A DNA stretch of 64,000 nt. Source: Adineta vaga (taxonomy: Eukaryota > Animalia > Rotifera). Under the pieces are notes generated by a model. That model ran no database searches. It saw only the letters and a program-made list of their open reading frames with translations, and was not told the origin of the DNA. Each line of letters begins with the position of its first letter. Position 1 is the stretch's first letter. The DNA lies in contig CP075493.1 in NCBI GenBank assembly GCA_021613535.1, positions 682,001-746,000 on the forward strand, given 5' to 3'. Shown here in pieces: positions 1 through 11,666 of the stretch. The translations under genes and the position numbers were made by a program.

Positions 1-1931
1 GTGGAACGACACTATTGCGGGTTATGTTGGATACTCATTCTCGTATAGCATGTGGTCCCGAATCACAATTGTTTTTACCATTAAAAATAGAATTAAATGA
101 ATTGTCGAAGAAGTTTAATATTGAATTAGAAATACTTGAAAGAATGCTCAATACGTCTAACAGTAAAGTGAAATTTATTGAAATTTTCATTAAACTTTAC
201 TTACAAAAAACAAACAAAACGATTTGGGCCGACAAAACATCAAGAAACATTCATCGGCTAGCATATATTTTGAAACATTTTCCCAATGCTAAAATAATAC
301 ATGTGATACGGAACGGTAGAGATGTAGTAGCATCTTTGAAAACGCATAGAAAACGAATGATTTCTGATGGGAAACTAATCCCTACTGGATTTATTATGCC
401 TTTGCAAGACTGTATCGATCGATGGTTACTATCTATTCGCGATGGTCTACCTTTTCGAAATAATGCAAATTACATGGAGGTTCAATACGAAGCGCTTGTA
501 TTCAATACAAATCAAACATTAAAGAATATTTGTCAATTTATTGGTGTTGAATTTGAACAAACGATGATGAACTACTATGCCATTGACGATCATTCAAGAA
601 ATCCATTTAATTTTCCGCAAAATACTGAAGCCACAAGACCTATATCATCAGAATCGATTGGTCGATGGAAGCGAGATTTAAACGAAACTGAACTAGAACA
701 GGTCATGTTACAGATAGATCCAGTTATAGAAAAAATTGGTTATCTACCAACTAACAATAGTTTCGACGTCGATAGGAAACCATATTTGGCTATTCCAGTT
801 ATTGATGCTCCCATTGTAGAAAAAATCATCGAAAATGACATGAATTTTATAAAAGAACATGTGTTAAAAGCTTTTACGATACTCAAGACAGATGAATCTC
901 ATATGACACAACCTGCAAAACATTATCTACAAAGAAGATCTGCAACAAGTGGATGTGATCGAATTATTGCAATGCCATATTATCTTGAAGGACAAAATGG
1001 TATAGCAGGAATAAAATGGATAGGAAGCAACGAAAATAATTCTTCGATTGGAATAAATCGAGCTAATTCTATTCTTATATTGAACAATATAAAAACTAAC
1101 GCTCCAATATGTATTATGGATGATGGAGTAATTAGTTCAATGAGAACATTTGCCATTTCAATCATAGCAATCGAAATGTTCGTACCTTTACCAAAAAAGA
1201 TTGCATGTATTGGCATTGGAAAATTAGGTCGAATGCATGCAGTAATGTTATCTAAATATTTTCCAACGATTGAAAAAACGTTCTGCTTCTCTAACAAGAG
1301 CAATTTTGATGATATTGTTAGTGAAAAAATTATTAAATGTAATAGTTGGTTGGAAGCTATACAACAAGCAGAAGTTATTGTGACAACTACTACAGCAAAT
1401 GAACCATATATTAAAGCTGATGATATTCACGGTGATAAATTATTAATCAATCTATCATTGATGGATTTTGATTTGAGTGTTTTTCAAAAATCATCCGTAA
1501 TTATTGTGGACAACTGGTTTCAATGTACTCAAGCAAAGAAAGTTTTCAAACAAGGAGTTGATAGTGGAATTATTCAACGACATCATGTTATCGAATTTGG
1601 AGATTTAATTGTAGAAAAAAATACAAAGAATAAATATCCTAAAAATGGAATTATTATGGTTAACGCTTTGGGGATGGCAATTGAAGATATTATTGTCGCT
1701 CAGGCTGTCTACAATAAATTAATGTTTATGTCTACAATAAAGCCTAATTACTTTTATATGGACAATCGACAGAATCCTTTGACTGATCCAGCAGTAAGTG
1801 ACACAATAAATACATATAATCCCTATAATAAGTTAATTGAAAAACTTGAAAACGATAAAAATTTATTACAACAACATGTTCAAATGCTTAAACAAGAGAT
1901 CGAGACTCTGAAAAAGTCTTCTCTGCCATGA
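1..1931 (+). CDS. Fusion protein, 5'-truncated by the window edge: PAPS-dependent sulfotransferase (Sulfotransfer_3/TPST-like) + SbnB-like NAD-dependent ornithine cyclodeaminase/mu-crystallin family enzyme + short C-terminal coiled coil
   Basis: Frame is open from position 3 (GTTLLRVML = end of the 5'-PSB loop RSGTTLL). Sulfotransferase motifs: WADKT, IHVIRNGRDVVAS, YEAL, SIGRWK. SbnB-like motifs: DRIIAMP, GIKWIGS, ISSMRT, GIGKLG Rossmann motif, INLSLMD, VDNW, NALGMAIEDI. No intron in the visible part. Confidence 0.88.
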   Translation, partial: GTTLLRVMLDTHSRIACGPESQLFLPLKIELNELSKKFNIELEILERMLNTSNSKVKFIEIFIKLYLQKTNKTIWADKTSRNIHRLAYILKHFPNAKIIHVIRNGRDVVASLKTHRKRMISDGKLIPTGFIMPLQDCIDRWLLSIRDGLPFRNNANYMEVQYEALVFNTNQTLKNICQFIGVEFEQTMMNYYAIDDHSRNPFNFPQNTEATRPISSESIGRWKRDLNETELEQVMLQIDPVIEKIGYLPTNNSFDVDRKPYLAIPVIDAPIVEKIIENDMNFIKEHVLKAFTILKTDESHMTQPAKHYLQRRSATSGCDRIIAMPYYLEGQNGIAGIKWIGSNENNSSIGINRANSILILNNIKTNAPICIMDDGVISSMRTFAISIIAIEMFVPLPKKIACIGIGKLGRMHAVMLSKYFPTIEKTFCFSNKSNFDDIVSEKIIKCNSWLEAIQQAEVIVTTTTANEPYIKADDIHGDKLLINLSLMDFDLSVFQKSSVIIVDNWFQCTQAKKVFKQGVDSGIIQRHHVIEFGDLIVEKNTKNKYPKNGIIMVNALGMAIEDIIVAQAVYNKLMFMSTIKPNYFYMDNRQNPLTDPAVSDTINTYNPYNKLIEKLENDKNLLQQHVQMLKQEIETLKKSSLP

Positions 1932-2047
1932 TCACAATTTTGATACTGACTTTGATAAATGAACTTCAACTTTTCTCTAAATTCCATATCTCGCTTCTAA
2001 ACTCACATTATTGATATTCATTATAGACTCTAATTGCATTAGAGATG

Positions 2048-4550
2048 AAAATAGGAGTGGCACACTCACACTGTAAAAAAAAGGATTTTTACCAAACCAT
2101 AAATGGATCTTCCCACCGATACACGGGAAGATCCTTTTTTGGTTTAGCAGAGAAAAGGTTCCACATAGAACCTTACTGGAAATTTTAAGAACAGAGGTTT
2201 CGTAGCAAAGGTTTGGTACAAACCTTTTTTTTCTACTAGGAATGAAAGTTCCGTACCAAAGGTACCGTACAAAACCTTCTGAATCTATCTTAAAAAAGGT
2301 TTCGTACTAACCCATAGCTACGAAACCTTCTCTCAATTGATATTCCTTTTGGTTCAGTAAAACACTCTTTTCTAATCATCATCTTACTGGCTCCGTATTC
2401 AGTTATTTCAGAACCCATCCTTCGAAGATTTGTTTCGAAGGTCCTTTCACAAATACTGTTAAGGGTGGGTGTTGGCCATTCTACTAAATTCAATGACATG
2501 GATTCTAAATAGGAAAGAAGATAAGATGTAGTTTATCATATATTATCACTTACCTAATTCTATGTCGGTCTATTGTAAACTGATCGTCGGCCGATATGTA
2601 CACACATTAGTAACAGCCTAGTAAAAAATATGAGACATAAATATCAAATGAAAAGTGCAAGGGTATATATAAGGTCTCACCTGACATTCTATTGAAAAGT
2701 GACCGTCCGCCGATATGAATAGAAATCTTTCACTGAGTCCTCTCCATTTGCTAAATGAACTAGTGACACGTGTCAATGGTTTAGTAGGAAGTTCGCTGAA
2801 CTATAACAATCTTTGTGATGTCATTGATCGTTTGGTACAACTTATACCAAACCACTTTAAAGTATAGGAATATATTCATGTATTTGAATATATCCTATAG
2901 AACCTTGAATCGTCGTATGAAAGAATTGACACTTTAGTAAAAATTCTCGCAAGCCTCTATTCATTCTACGAAACTGTGAATCACTTCGTAAAAGCTATAT
3001 CGAAACAGTTACAAGCACACAGAACTCAACATAGTATAGTGTAGAATTCGTCAAACCTTTCGCCAATGTACAAAGCCAGCGACAGTTTGGCAAAAACTCT
3101 ACCAAACCTTGCGCGATGATAGGAAGCCAGTGATAGTTTCTTATAAATTTTACCAAACTATTAGTGAGTGTGCGGAACCATTGATAGTTTCGAGGAACCT
3201 CTGCCAAATCTTTAATCTCTGTACGGATACCTTGACATTTTTTAATAAATCCTACTGAACTTAAGGTTACTATACGAAGCATTTGGTAGTTCCGCTGAAA
3301 TTGCACTGAACCCTTAACAATTTTGTATAGATTTTACCAAATCATTAGTGAGATTACGAAAACTTGGGCTGTTTCGTAATAAATCTGCCCAACTCTCACT
3401 CACATGACGAAACTATTGATGGTTCCGCAGGAGCTATACCGAACTACTTTCAAGTATACGAAACTAAATATCGTTCTGTGTAATGAAAACGAAACCTTTG
3501 GACGAATTGCTGAATTCTAGAAGATTTTGTGCGAGAAGTACGAATCCGTTTTGAAACTTGCAGAACTAGCTTAGGTTCAGTATAAAACGTACAAAACTAA
3601 TACCAGCTTCACGAAGCCGAAGAATGTTCGGTATTATGTGTGCGAAACCTTCGTCGTTCCTACTGAACTGCTAATCGTTCTGTATAAGTTGTACTTCACC
3701 TTTGTGGATTTATACGAAACTATGAATCGTTCTTTGTACATAAGCCGAACCCTCATAGACACAATCGGGTGATAAAACGTTTCGCATGAACTATACAGAA
3801 CCTTTCGAAAGCTAAATCATCTGTTATTGGTTCACTACGATATATAGAGAACCATGACGAGTTTAGCAGTGAACATGCTGAACTTCTAGTAAACTGTCGA
3901 AACTTCTAAAGATTCGTGTATGTTATACAAAACTTATAGCCGATCAGTATTGAATATACTGAACCTTCAATTGGCATACGAAACCATGTTTGGTTTAGTT
4001 TAAAATATTCTGAACTTTTTGAAAACTGACGAACCATCGATGGTACGGTATAAAATCTCCTGAACCATCAATTGGCCTACGAAACTAGAAATAGTTTGGT
4101 AGAAAATAGACGAAACCTATCGTCAGGTTGCGAAACTTCTGATGGTTCTGTAGACATGTTACAGAACTATCAGTGGTTTCGTGAACCGCATAGAAAACCT
4201 TCAGATGGTTTTTGTTGCCAACTACCGAACCTTCTCAACCCTGCTGAACTTAAAATAGTTCGGCAGATAAAGCACGAAACGTTTTTCATTTTTCTGAACT
4301 TAAAATCGATCGGTGGAAGCATGGAGAACCTTTTAGGTTCGGCAAAACACCAATTTTTTTTTCAGTGCACTCATTGAGTCACTTTTGTCGTTCTGTTGTT
4401 ATAGCTTGTTATGCATAGGAGAGAGCATTCGTTTTCTTTCGTTGTATCTCTTATATGCATATGAGCATGAATTTTCTTTCGCAAGAATTACGTCGTATAA
4501 TAACAGAACGACAAAAGTGACTCGCTGAGTGAGTGTGTCCACTGCTTTTT
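2048..4550. mobile_element. Short MITE with ~55-bp TIRs whose left TIR is split by the CACTG element
   Basis: Reconstructed left TIR gtggcacactca|ctcattgagtcacttttgtcgttctgttgttata matches the reverse complement of 4496-4550 (tataataacagaacgacaaaagtgactcgctgagtgagtgtgtccactgc). Confidence 0.7.
2069..4367. mobile_element. Non-autonomous CACTA/EnSpm-like (CMC) DNA transposon
   Basis: Termini CACTGtaaaaaaaagg...accaaacc and ggttcggcaaaacaccaattttttttCAGTG (imperfect TIR). 2-bp CA target duplication at 2067-2068 and 4368-4369. Interior is dense in GAACC/GGTTC/CGAAAC motifs and has no credible ORF. Confidence 0.75.
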
Positions 4551-4767
4551 TTAGTTTCTATTTTTTCCTTTTCGTAGTACTTTTTATTGATCATTTATTG
4601 CAATTTACTAATAAAACTAACTCACTGATTCTGAAACCTTTTTTTATTCAAAGTGGTTGTAATGCAATATGCCAGCAGAGTGTGGGTGTGACTGGCTACC
4701 ATTATCTAGATTTCACTTCTGCTAAGAAGATCATCAGATGGCTTTTTGAATTAGTAATGATCAAAAT

Positions 4768-5489
4768 AAATGCAGAAACTTCGGATCTTATCCGAGAGTC
4801 ATGTGTACTGCAAAAGGTGTATAAGAGAGATGGACCATTCTAGAATATCTACGGAACAAAATTACCACGAGAAACTTTTCGATAAGCGAGATTTTTCATG
4901 ACTTATTTTTGAATGAATTTCTGTGTTTAAATCTATCGGAATAACGGTTATATGCAACCTCATGAATCTATAAAAGATCTATGACAGATACACATATCAG
5001 CATTTTCATAAAAGATCATTAATATCAATAGGTATGGAGATCAGGTTTTTCCCTTTTGATAATCCTTCTGACTAGCTACAAAACTAAGGATTTGGGAAAC
5101 TCCCAAACTACAGGTCATATGAGATGTATTTAGTCAATTTGGTGTTAAAATACAGTTTTTTGCGCATTTTGAGATCTTTCGCCAGCATTGTTTCATTAGG
5201 AAAATACGATTTGAATCAAAACCAATATCAGATTCGGAATTAGCATTGAAAACTGAGTCGATTCATATCTTTTGCATAATTTTAAGAAAAAAAATTTTGA
5301 AGAAAAACCCAGTATCCCCCTCGGGGATGGTCTGGCCAATAATGACAATTTTTTCGATAACTCAGCCATTTCTCGAGAGATCATTCTCATCTTCGAACTC
5401 GAGCGAGATATTGTTGAGACTATTATGTGCACAAAGTTTCAGCTCAATCGAATGTAGTTGTGTACTCACTTTTTTGAGTACACTAAAAA
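4768..5489 (+). repeat. Interspersed repeat, Helentron-associated (HINE/DINE-1-like), copy 1
   Basis: Colinear similarity to 49400-49918. Subterminal inverted repeat gtgtactgcaaaaggtg / cactttttgagtacac, with 3' hairpin gtgtactcac-ttttt-gagtacac. Confidence 0.6.
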
Positions 5490-6149
5490 TGAAGGTTATA
5501 TATAGTGACATAATGAAAGTTAGCAGCAGATTCGACCTTTTCCTGCTGACATTCGTTCAGAGATCTGTGTTGGATTTCTAATTGGTTGTAATGGATGCAG
5601 AATTTAATTCTGTATCGCATGGTGGTGCTTTCAAGGGGGGTCGTCGATCGAAACCAGGGGTTTCGTGTAGAAGTACTGGGTGAAAAGAGATCCTCACCTT
5701 CAGATGGATGTTCTGTAGGAAAAACATTTAAGGCACTTGTTTAAACATAGAAATAAATAAATATTCTAATAGTTATAGACATATCTTCATAAAGTCTTTA
5801 AATAAGCATAAACTAGTTTATATATCGAAAGAACTGTATTTCATGTAATTTATCTTGTGATTTTCATAAAGTAGCTTAAATATACCCGATCCTTATCACG
5901 TCAGGGTTGAAGTCAACAATAAATTCATACAATGTTTAACTACAAAGTTTCCTAAATCAAATCCTGATTTTGATTATTTATAGACGATCAGATTGCCGGG
6001 AGAACATGAGTATCCGAAATCAAAATATCAAAAAGACAAACATGATACATGAAAAGCATATTGTGAAAAAAATACATATATAGACAGAGAAGCTAATGAG
6101 AAATAATTGTGAGAGAATAACGTTAATGATTAGTTTGTCATATCTCAAA

Positions 6150-9110
6150 ACATATCTGTGCAAAGATTCAGTAAATTTGTAAAATGTAGATAGCCAATTC
6201 GACAAGTGCATGACATCGTGTGCTATACAACCTAAACGATGAGTATCATCAAAGCGATAAAATGTGTTGTTGTGTGATTTGACGATACCAGTAAAATGCT
6301 CATTTGTATTATTGATGCCGGCAGAAAGGTGATAACTGAATGTAGAATAGATTTTCTTGTTTTATAGGAAAAGATGAAATAACTTACGTATACTCTCCAA
6401 TATAAAGTGGATCTGGCAGATCTGTCATTAACGAGGGATCTTTACCGGTATCGACGACTACAAATGGTGCCGTATATATAAATCTAGTTATATCTACTAT
6501 GCTAGGAGCTTCACATATGTAGTATTTTCTAAAGCAAAAAATGTTACATAGAAACAACTGAAAAAGATAATATCTGTTACTCGACAATGGTAGTATTGCT
6601 TTCTAAATCAAGAACTGGAAATTTGTCATCGATTGAATAATTTGCTGGGTTATCCAGAGGTTCAATGATACCAAGATCTGTTCGACAAGCGGGTTCACGG
6701 ACAGTAACAAAAGCAGGTATGAAGTCAATGAGTTTTTGAAAAACCTTCCTAAATATATAACAACAAACGATTGATTAAAAATCGAATGATCAACTTAACA
6801 AAATATTTTACGAGCAGGTGCTCTAAAATTTGAGAAAATGTACCAGAAAAGAAATGATGACAGACTAGAGTGAGTTATAGTTGAACATATTGTTTACCAA
6901 TCAGACACTACATAAAATAATCACGTCTGTCGGTATTCGCTTTCATCTATATATTATAAATATTGGCTATATATTGAAAATGTTCGTGGTCTGTCTTGTT
7001 CGTTCTTTCTAGGGTGCACTCTCTTCTTCTTGCGCGTTCTTCTCTTACATAGATATATTCATCAATATATCTATATATAATTCTTTTTGAACAACTTTCA
7101 ATGTGTTAAGAAAGAAGCGACCGACTGAAATAAAGCAATTATTGACAGTGACACTTCGTTCTATAGCGTTGAAATTATATAAGAAAAGTTACCCTATCTT
7201 TTTGAAGAATTTCTTTTCCTTCCTAATCATTAGTTTCAGTTTTAAACAGACTCACGTAAGTGTGATGTGTGTATTTGTTTGTTCATGTATTGGTTTTGGA
7301 TAAGCAACACATGAACATTTTGATTTGACGAAAATTAATTGCATAGGTTTTACAAATTGAAATACAGATGCTTCCATAGTGTTTTTGAGGTCATACATGC
7401 CATTTTTATTCTTAGTTGTTAGAAGATTGTTTTTAATAAGTCAATGTAGGCGAGCTACATTCCATCCATCAGTTTCGATAAGTTGAAACGTATGACGGAG
7501 AAGTTTATATGCGTCTAGTATATTAGATTTCAAAAACTCATGAAAATCGCCAGTAGCAGTTTTAAAACCATGATACAAAATGAATAAACCAGTATCGATG
7601 GAACAAGCGTTAACTACCGAGAAGCGCTCTCCAGCAGATGTTGTATGTTCAATTCCATACGACGGCCACGTAAGTTTAAGATCGCCTATTATAGTTGTTC
7701 TCTGATCCTTACTAATGGTAGAAGTACATAAATTATTTGAATTTGGTGGTGAGAACTTGATTTTCTTTTGTCGAGGCCTTATGGTTGTTTGAAGCTCTGT
7801 AATGGAACAACTACTATATATTGAAGGACGTGTGCTTTTTGGAGATACTATTCGAGTTGCATTAGATTCAGTAGTAGCTAATATGGTGGAGAAAATGTTA
7901 TCGAACGAATTAGAATGTTCATTTGGTGACTCGTCACAGTTAATTGATGATGAGTTTGATGAAATTGGTTGCGGATTGCAATCTATATCATCTACCCCCC
8001 CCCCCCATATTAGAAGACCCGGGGTCTTTTAATCTAGGGGGGGGGGTTACTGCAGTCGGTATATTTAACGGCGAGACGAGAAAGTCAAAAGACGGTCTGG
8101 TATCAGCATTGACTGGTGAATATGTTTCTACATCACTAAAATACAGTAAATATAGACGTTAAATTCTCTATCGAGAGTTCATCAAATTTAGAATTATTTA
8201 AAAAACAGTCTGCCGCTCTATTGGTGTAATAGAAATCAAAATTTCTATGAAGGTGTTATATATATATATATCGTATACATCTGATAATCAATGGAGTATG
8301 TTACTAATCAGTATTACCGGTGTCATCTTCTGAGACAAAATTAATCAAAAATATTTTGTTAAACTCAGAGAATGACGTGTTCTGAGTTTTTGATACATAC
8401 TTGACGGAATCAGACACAGGCGAATGATGATTATCAAAGTTGTCTGAACTTAAATTATCATCAAGTTCAACAACTTTTTCAGTTTTTCTTCGTGTACTAA
8501 GAAATATATTTTATAAAAGTATTTTGTGATAAAAAACAAATAACTTACGCTAATTTACCGGCAGCTGATTTCTTGACCTTCTGATTGAAATGATGTTGAC
8601 GCATGTTATCTTTCGTATTCGCTTGAGCTCGTCGCTGCCATTCATCATTTACATTCAAATCATCTGCTTGTTTTTCTTTTTTCTTCCGCCCATGTGACGA
8701 TTGAGCAACACCAAACTGATCACCTTTAAAGCGTGCAAATATATGGTTATAATTTCGCATCAAAAAGTCTGTAGGGCGAAGATTAGTGTGTTGTTCAAGC
8801 ACAGATAATTTTATCTTTCGAAAGTATGTTTCAATCGAAGCATTTGACATTTGTCCATGTCCAAACTCCCAGTTACTTGTTGATATACGTTTTACGTCTT
8901 TTGCATATCTAAATACTACGAATAAGTGCTAATACAAACATGTTCAAAAAAAGCGATTATAGCGTTATCCACCATGTTCTTTGGTGGCACTATTATTTAT
9001 TATTTTATTTTGAATTTCTCAGTTAGCTTTCCACAAAAATTCTGAAGTACTTCAACTGAGATAAGCGTTCACTATAAGCACACATCAAACTTGCCATCGA
9101 AAATGATCTG
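6150..9110 (-). pseudogene. Decayed spliced transposon gene: C-terminal MULE/NOF-like transposase segment followed by a USP/papain-like cysteine protease domain
   Basis: SNASIETYFRKIK (near 8850) resembles the region of the third DDE residue. VNACSIDTGLF (~7580-7615) resembles a Cys box and EHFTGIVK...FYRFDD (~6245-6305) a His/Asp box. In-frame stops and a MITE insertion are present. Boundaries are approximate. Confidence 0.5.
7995..8047. mobile_element. 53-bp palindromic mini-MITE with TA target duplication
   Basis: C12-atattagaagacccggggtcttttaatcta-G10-t, flanked by TA at 7993-7994 and 8048-8049. Removing it plus one TA restores the minus-strand frame (ACT GCA GTA GAT GAT). Confidence 0.7.
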
Positions 9111-10211
9111 CAAAGAAGAATAAGTGGTCATATGTCAATTTGATAAAGGTCAACTAACTAAAGTTATAGAAAGATCCCATGTCAATTCATTGAATACAAG
9201 TCATGAGATCTAGTAACCCGGACCATATGTTACCATTTGCTAAAAGAGTTCTTTTAAATTTATCTCACTTAACATAGATGAAATTCTTTATCTTTTTCTC
9301 ACTGAAATATGTAACACCGGCTATGAAAAAAATATTAATAAATAACACAAAAAGATTTCTTCTACTCAGTAATTACTTCCACCCAAAACCCCTGGTTTCG
9401 ATCGACGACCCTCCCCCCCCCCCCTTGAAAGCACCACCATTCGATACAGAATTAAATCGTGCATCTACTCTGCCAGTTTCAGATTCATCACAAGTCTAAA
9501 AGTGAATATCAGCAAGGATTACTAGGTGAAATAGGGATTTCATCTAGTATTTTCACCCAAAACCCCATTTTTTGGTCGACGATCCCCTTTGAAAGTGACA
9601 TCATTCGATACAGAGTTAAATTCTGCATCCATCACAACCAATTAGAAATCCACCACAGATTTCTGAATGAATGTCAGCAAAAAAAGGTCGAATCTGCTGC
9701 TAATTTTCACTGCGTCTTTCAAATGAAGGATTAAATACAACTCTGCTATGTAAAACGACGTCTTTTTGAAATATATGATAAACTACCTTTTAGCCAAACT
9801 GATGAGGATTTACTGAGCCATAGCTGTATAGTAGAGATATTCGTCTATTGTTGCGAGGAAATTTAAATTAGTTAATATTAAAGTGAATGTAAAGTGCTAC
9901 CCATAATATATCGTAAATTGGTAATAAGGGTTACGTTCTTTTCTTTCTGTGTGAAAGCTAGCTTGTATATTTGACATTCTTCGTTCGAGAAAAGATTACA
10001 ACCTTTGTTGTATAATCTTCAAAATTATATTATACTGATATATGAAATCAGAGTGATCATTCGGTAGTCTCAGTAGTATTTGACATTCCCTCAGTTTCAA
10101 AAGAATAATATTGATCGGAAATCTTATTATCACTATGTTTCTTTGATAGAAATTATTAGAATAAAAAAGTAAAATTTGTAATTAAAACAAAAAAATCCAT
10201 GTATTTATTAG

Positions 10212-10497
10212 TTAATGTTGAGTACTATGTCCAGCAGCACGTAAAATCCCATCTTGACTTGATATTCCGCTTGTATTTTGATTATTTGATTCATTAGAAT
10301 TCATTACTTAAATTAAAAAAAAGGGAAATTAATTTTTGAAAGAAAATCCAAATACTTTGTTGTTTTTCATTATTTAATTTTTGTTCAATATGCTCATCGG
10401 ATGGGTCTTTATTTCCCGATTGTCCTCGTGTACAAATTCCATTTGTATTCGACATTGTTGGATTTTGAGAATCATTTTGATTATTAGATGAAGACAT
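10212..10497 (-). CDS. Putative two-exon small hydrophilic low-complexity protein (~78 aa)
   Basis: ATG at 10497. A ~50-bp gtattt...tttaag intron joins ...NEKQQ to IMNSNESNNQNTSGISSQDGILRAAGHSTQH*. Rich in N/Q/S. Confidence 0.4.
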
Positions 10498-11666
10498 TCT
10501 TTTATATGTTTTATTAACGAATAAGAATAAATGAAAAAATGTTTGATGTGTGCACGTGTTTTATAATAAATATTGATAATAGCAAGGTTGAATATTTCTA
10601 CTCTTATTCAAAGAAAAGAACGAAAAATCGAGAACATTGATTTTCTTTTCAATAAAAGGTTATTACGAACGAATTTTTTCTTTTAACAATTGAAAAGATA
10701 AAACAATTTCGTTTTACAATTTTCGAAATGAAATTCATAATTCTGATTTTAATTTTATATATAAATATAAAAAGAAAACAATATATCTCATTCATTTTTC
10801 ATTCGAAATCAGTGCTCTTTTCTTTCTGTTTGAAAAAGCATTATTTCAAATTTTATTTCATAGAAAAATCTTTTACAAATACTTCTCGAACGTGTTATCA
10901 TTCACATCAATACATTTCGCAGTGTTTCTTTTTCTTTATCGATTTAATTTCTTCTTCAATTCTATTCTTTAAATCATCAATATTCATAATTGAGGGTGTG
11001 AGGAATGACAGAACACAGAATTTGTCAACTCACCCACACTCTCAAGATGATCTTCATCTCTTCTTTTCGATGGTGAAAGCTGCAGTTCTCTGTCAAAATT
11101 TACTCAAAAAATATTCATGGAATTGTGAGACATACGAACAAAATAGATCTTATCAAAATTTGACTATTTTTTTATGATATTTAGTTGAAGTACGATGAAA
11201 TAGTATAGAAAGCAAATCTCTTCAAATCTAATATAGAGTATAAAAAGCTTTCATTGTCACGTTACTTTTACTATTCCCTAAATAAAATAAAACATATTCG
11301 ACAATGTATGAAGTATATATATCTCTGCTCCGAATTGAATAAGAAATTAATAAACATATACTTACGTTTTTTTTCTCTTTACAGAATTCTGCTGCATCGA
11401 TATTAATGATATAAAAAAAAAGAAAGCAAATGCGAAGTATTTATTCTCGTGTTCTTTATTGTTCAATAACTGATATTGACGATGAAAGATGATTTTTTGA
11501 ACAAGATGGTACATCTTCTGGTGTTATTCAAACAATATTTTTATTACAAGGAGAAATTTCATCTGATATCGATATTGCAAATTTTCTAAATTCTTCATCA
11601 ATTTTTAAAGAAAAACCAATGAAAAGAACTCGATTGTCAATTTGTGTTGAGAATATTAAGTTTTAA

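Larger units (their letters stand above)
5511..9712. mobile_element. Long-TIR foldback / MULE(NOF)-like DNA transposon, internally deleted and decayed
   Basis: 5511-~5695 (tgaaagttagcagcagattcgacc...ggtcgtcgatcgaaaccagggg) is the reverse complement of modules at ~9350-9460 and ~9595-9712. The right arm has duplicated sub-modules. No clear TSD found. Confidence 0.7.

Noticed and set aside
980-1430. Antisense ORFs over the SbnB-like domain, and similar shadow ORFs over pol, the isomerase and the ATPase
   Set aside because: Antisense or alternative-frame shadows of real coding regions with no independent motifs.
2290-4377. Short ORFs inside the CACTG element
   Set aside because: No recognisable domain; they arise from degenerate motif repeats.
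11380-11666. Exon-like plus-strand stretch converging on the SULT gene
   Set aside because: Contains stops and has no start or recognisable domain.
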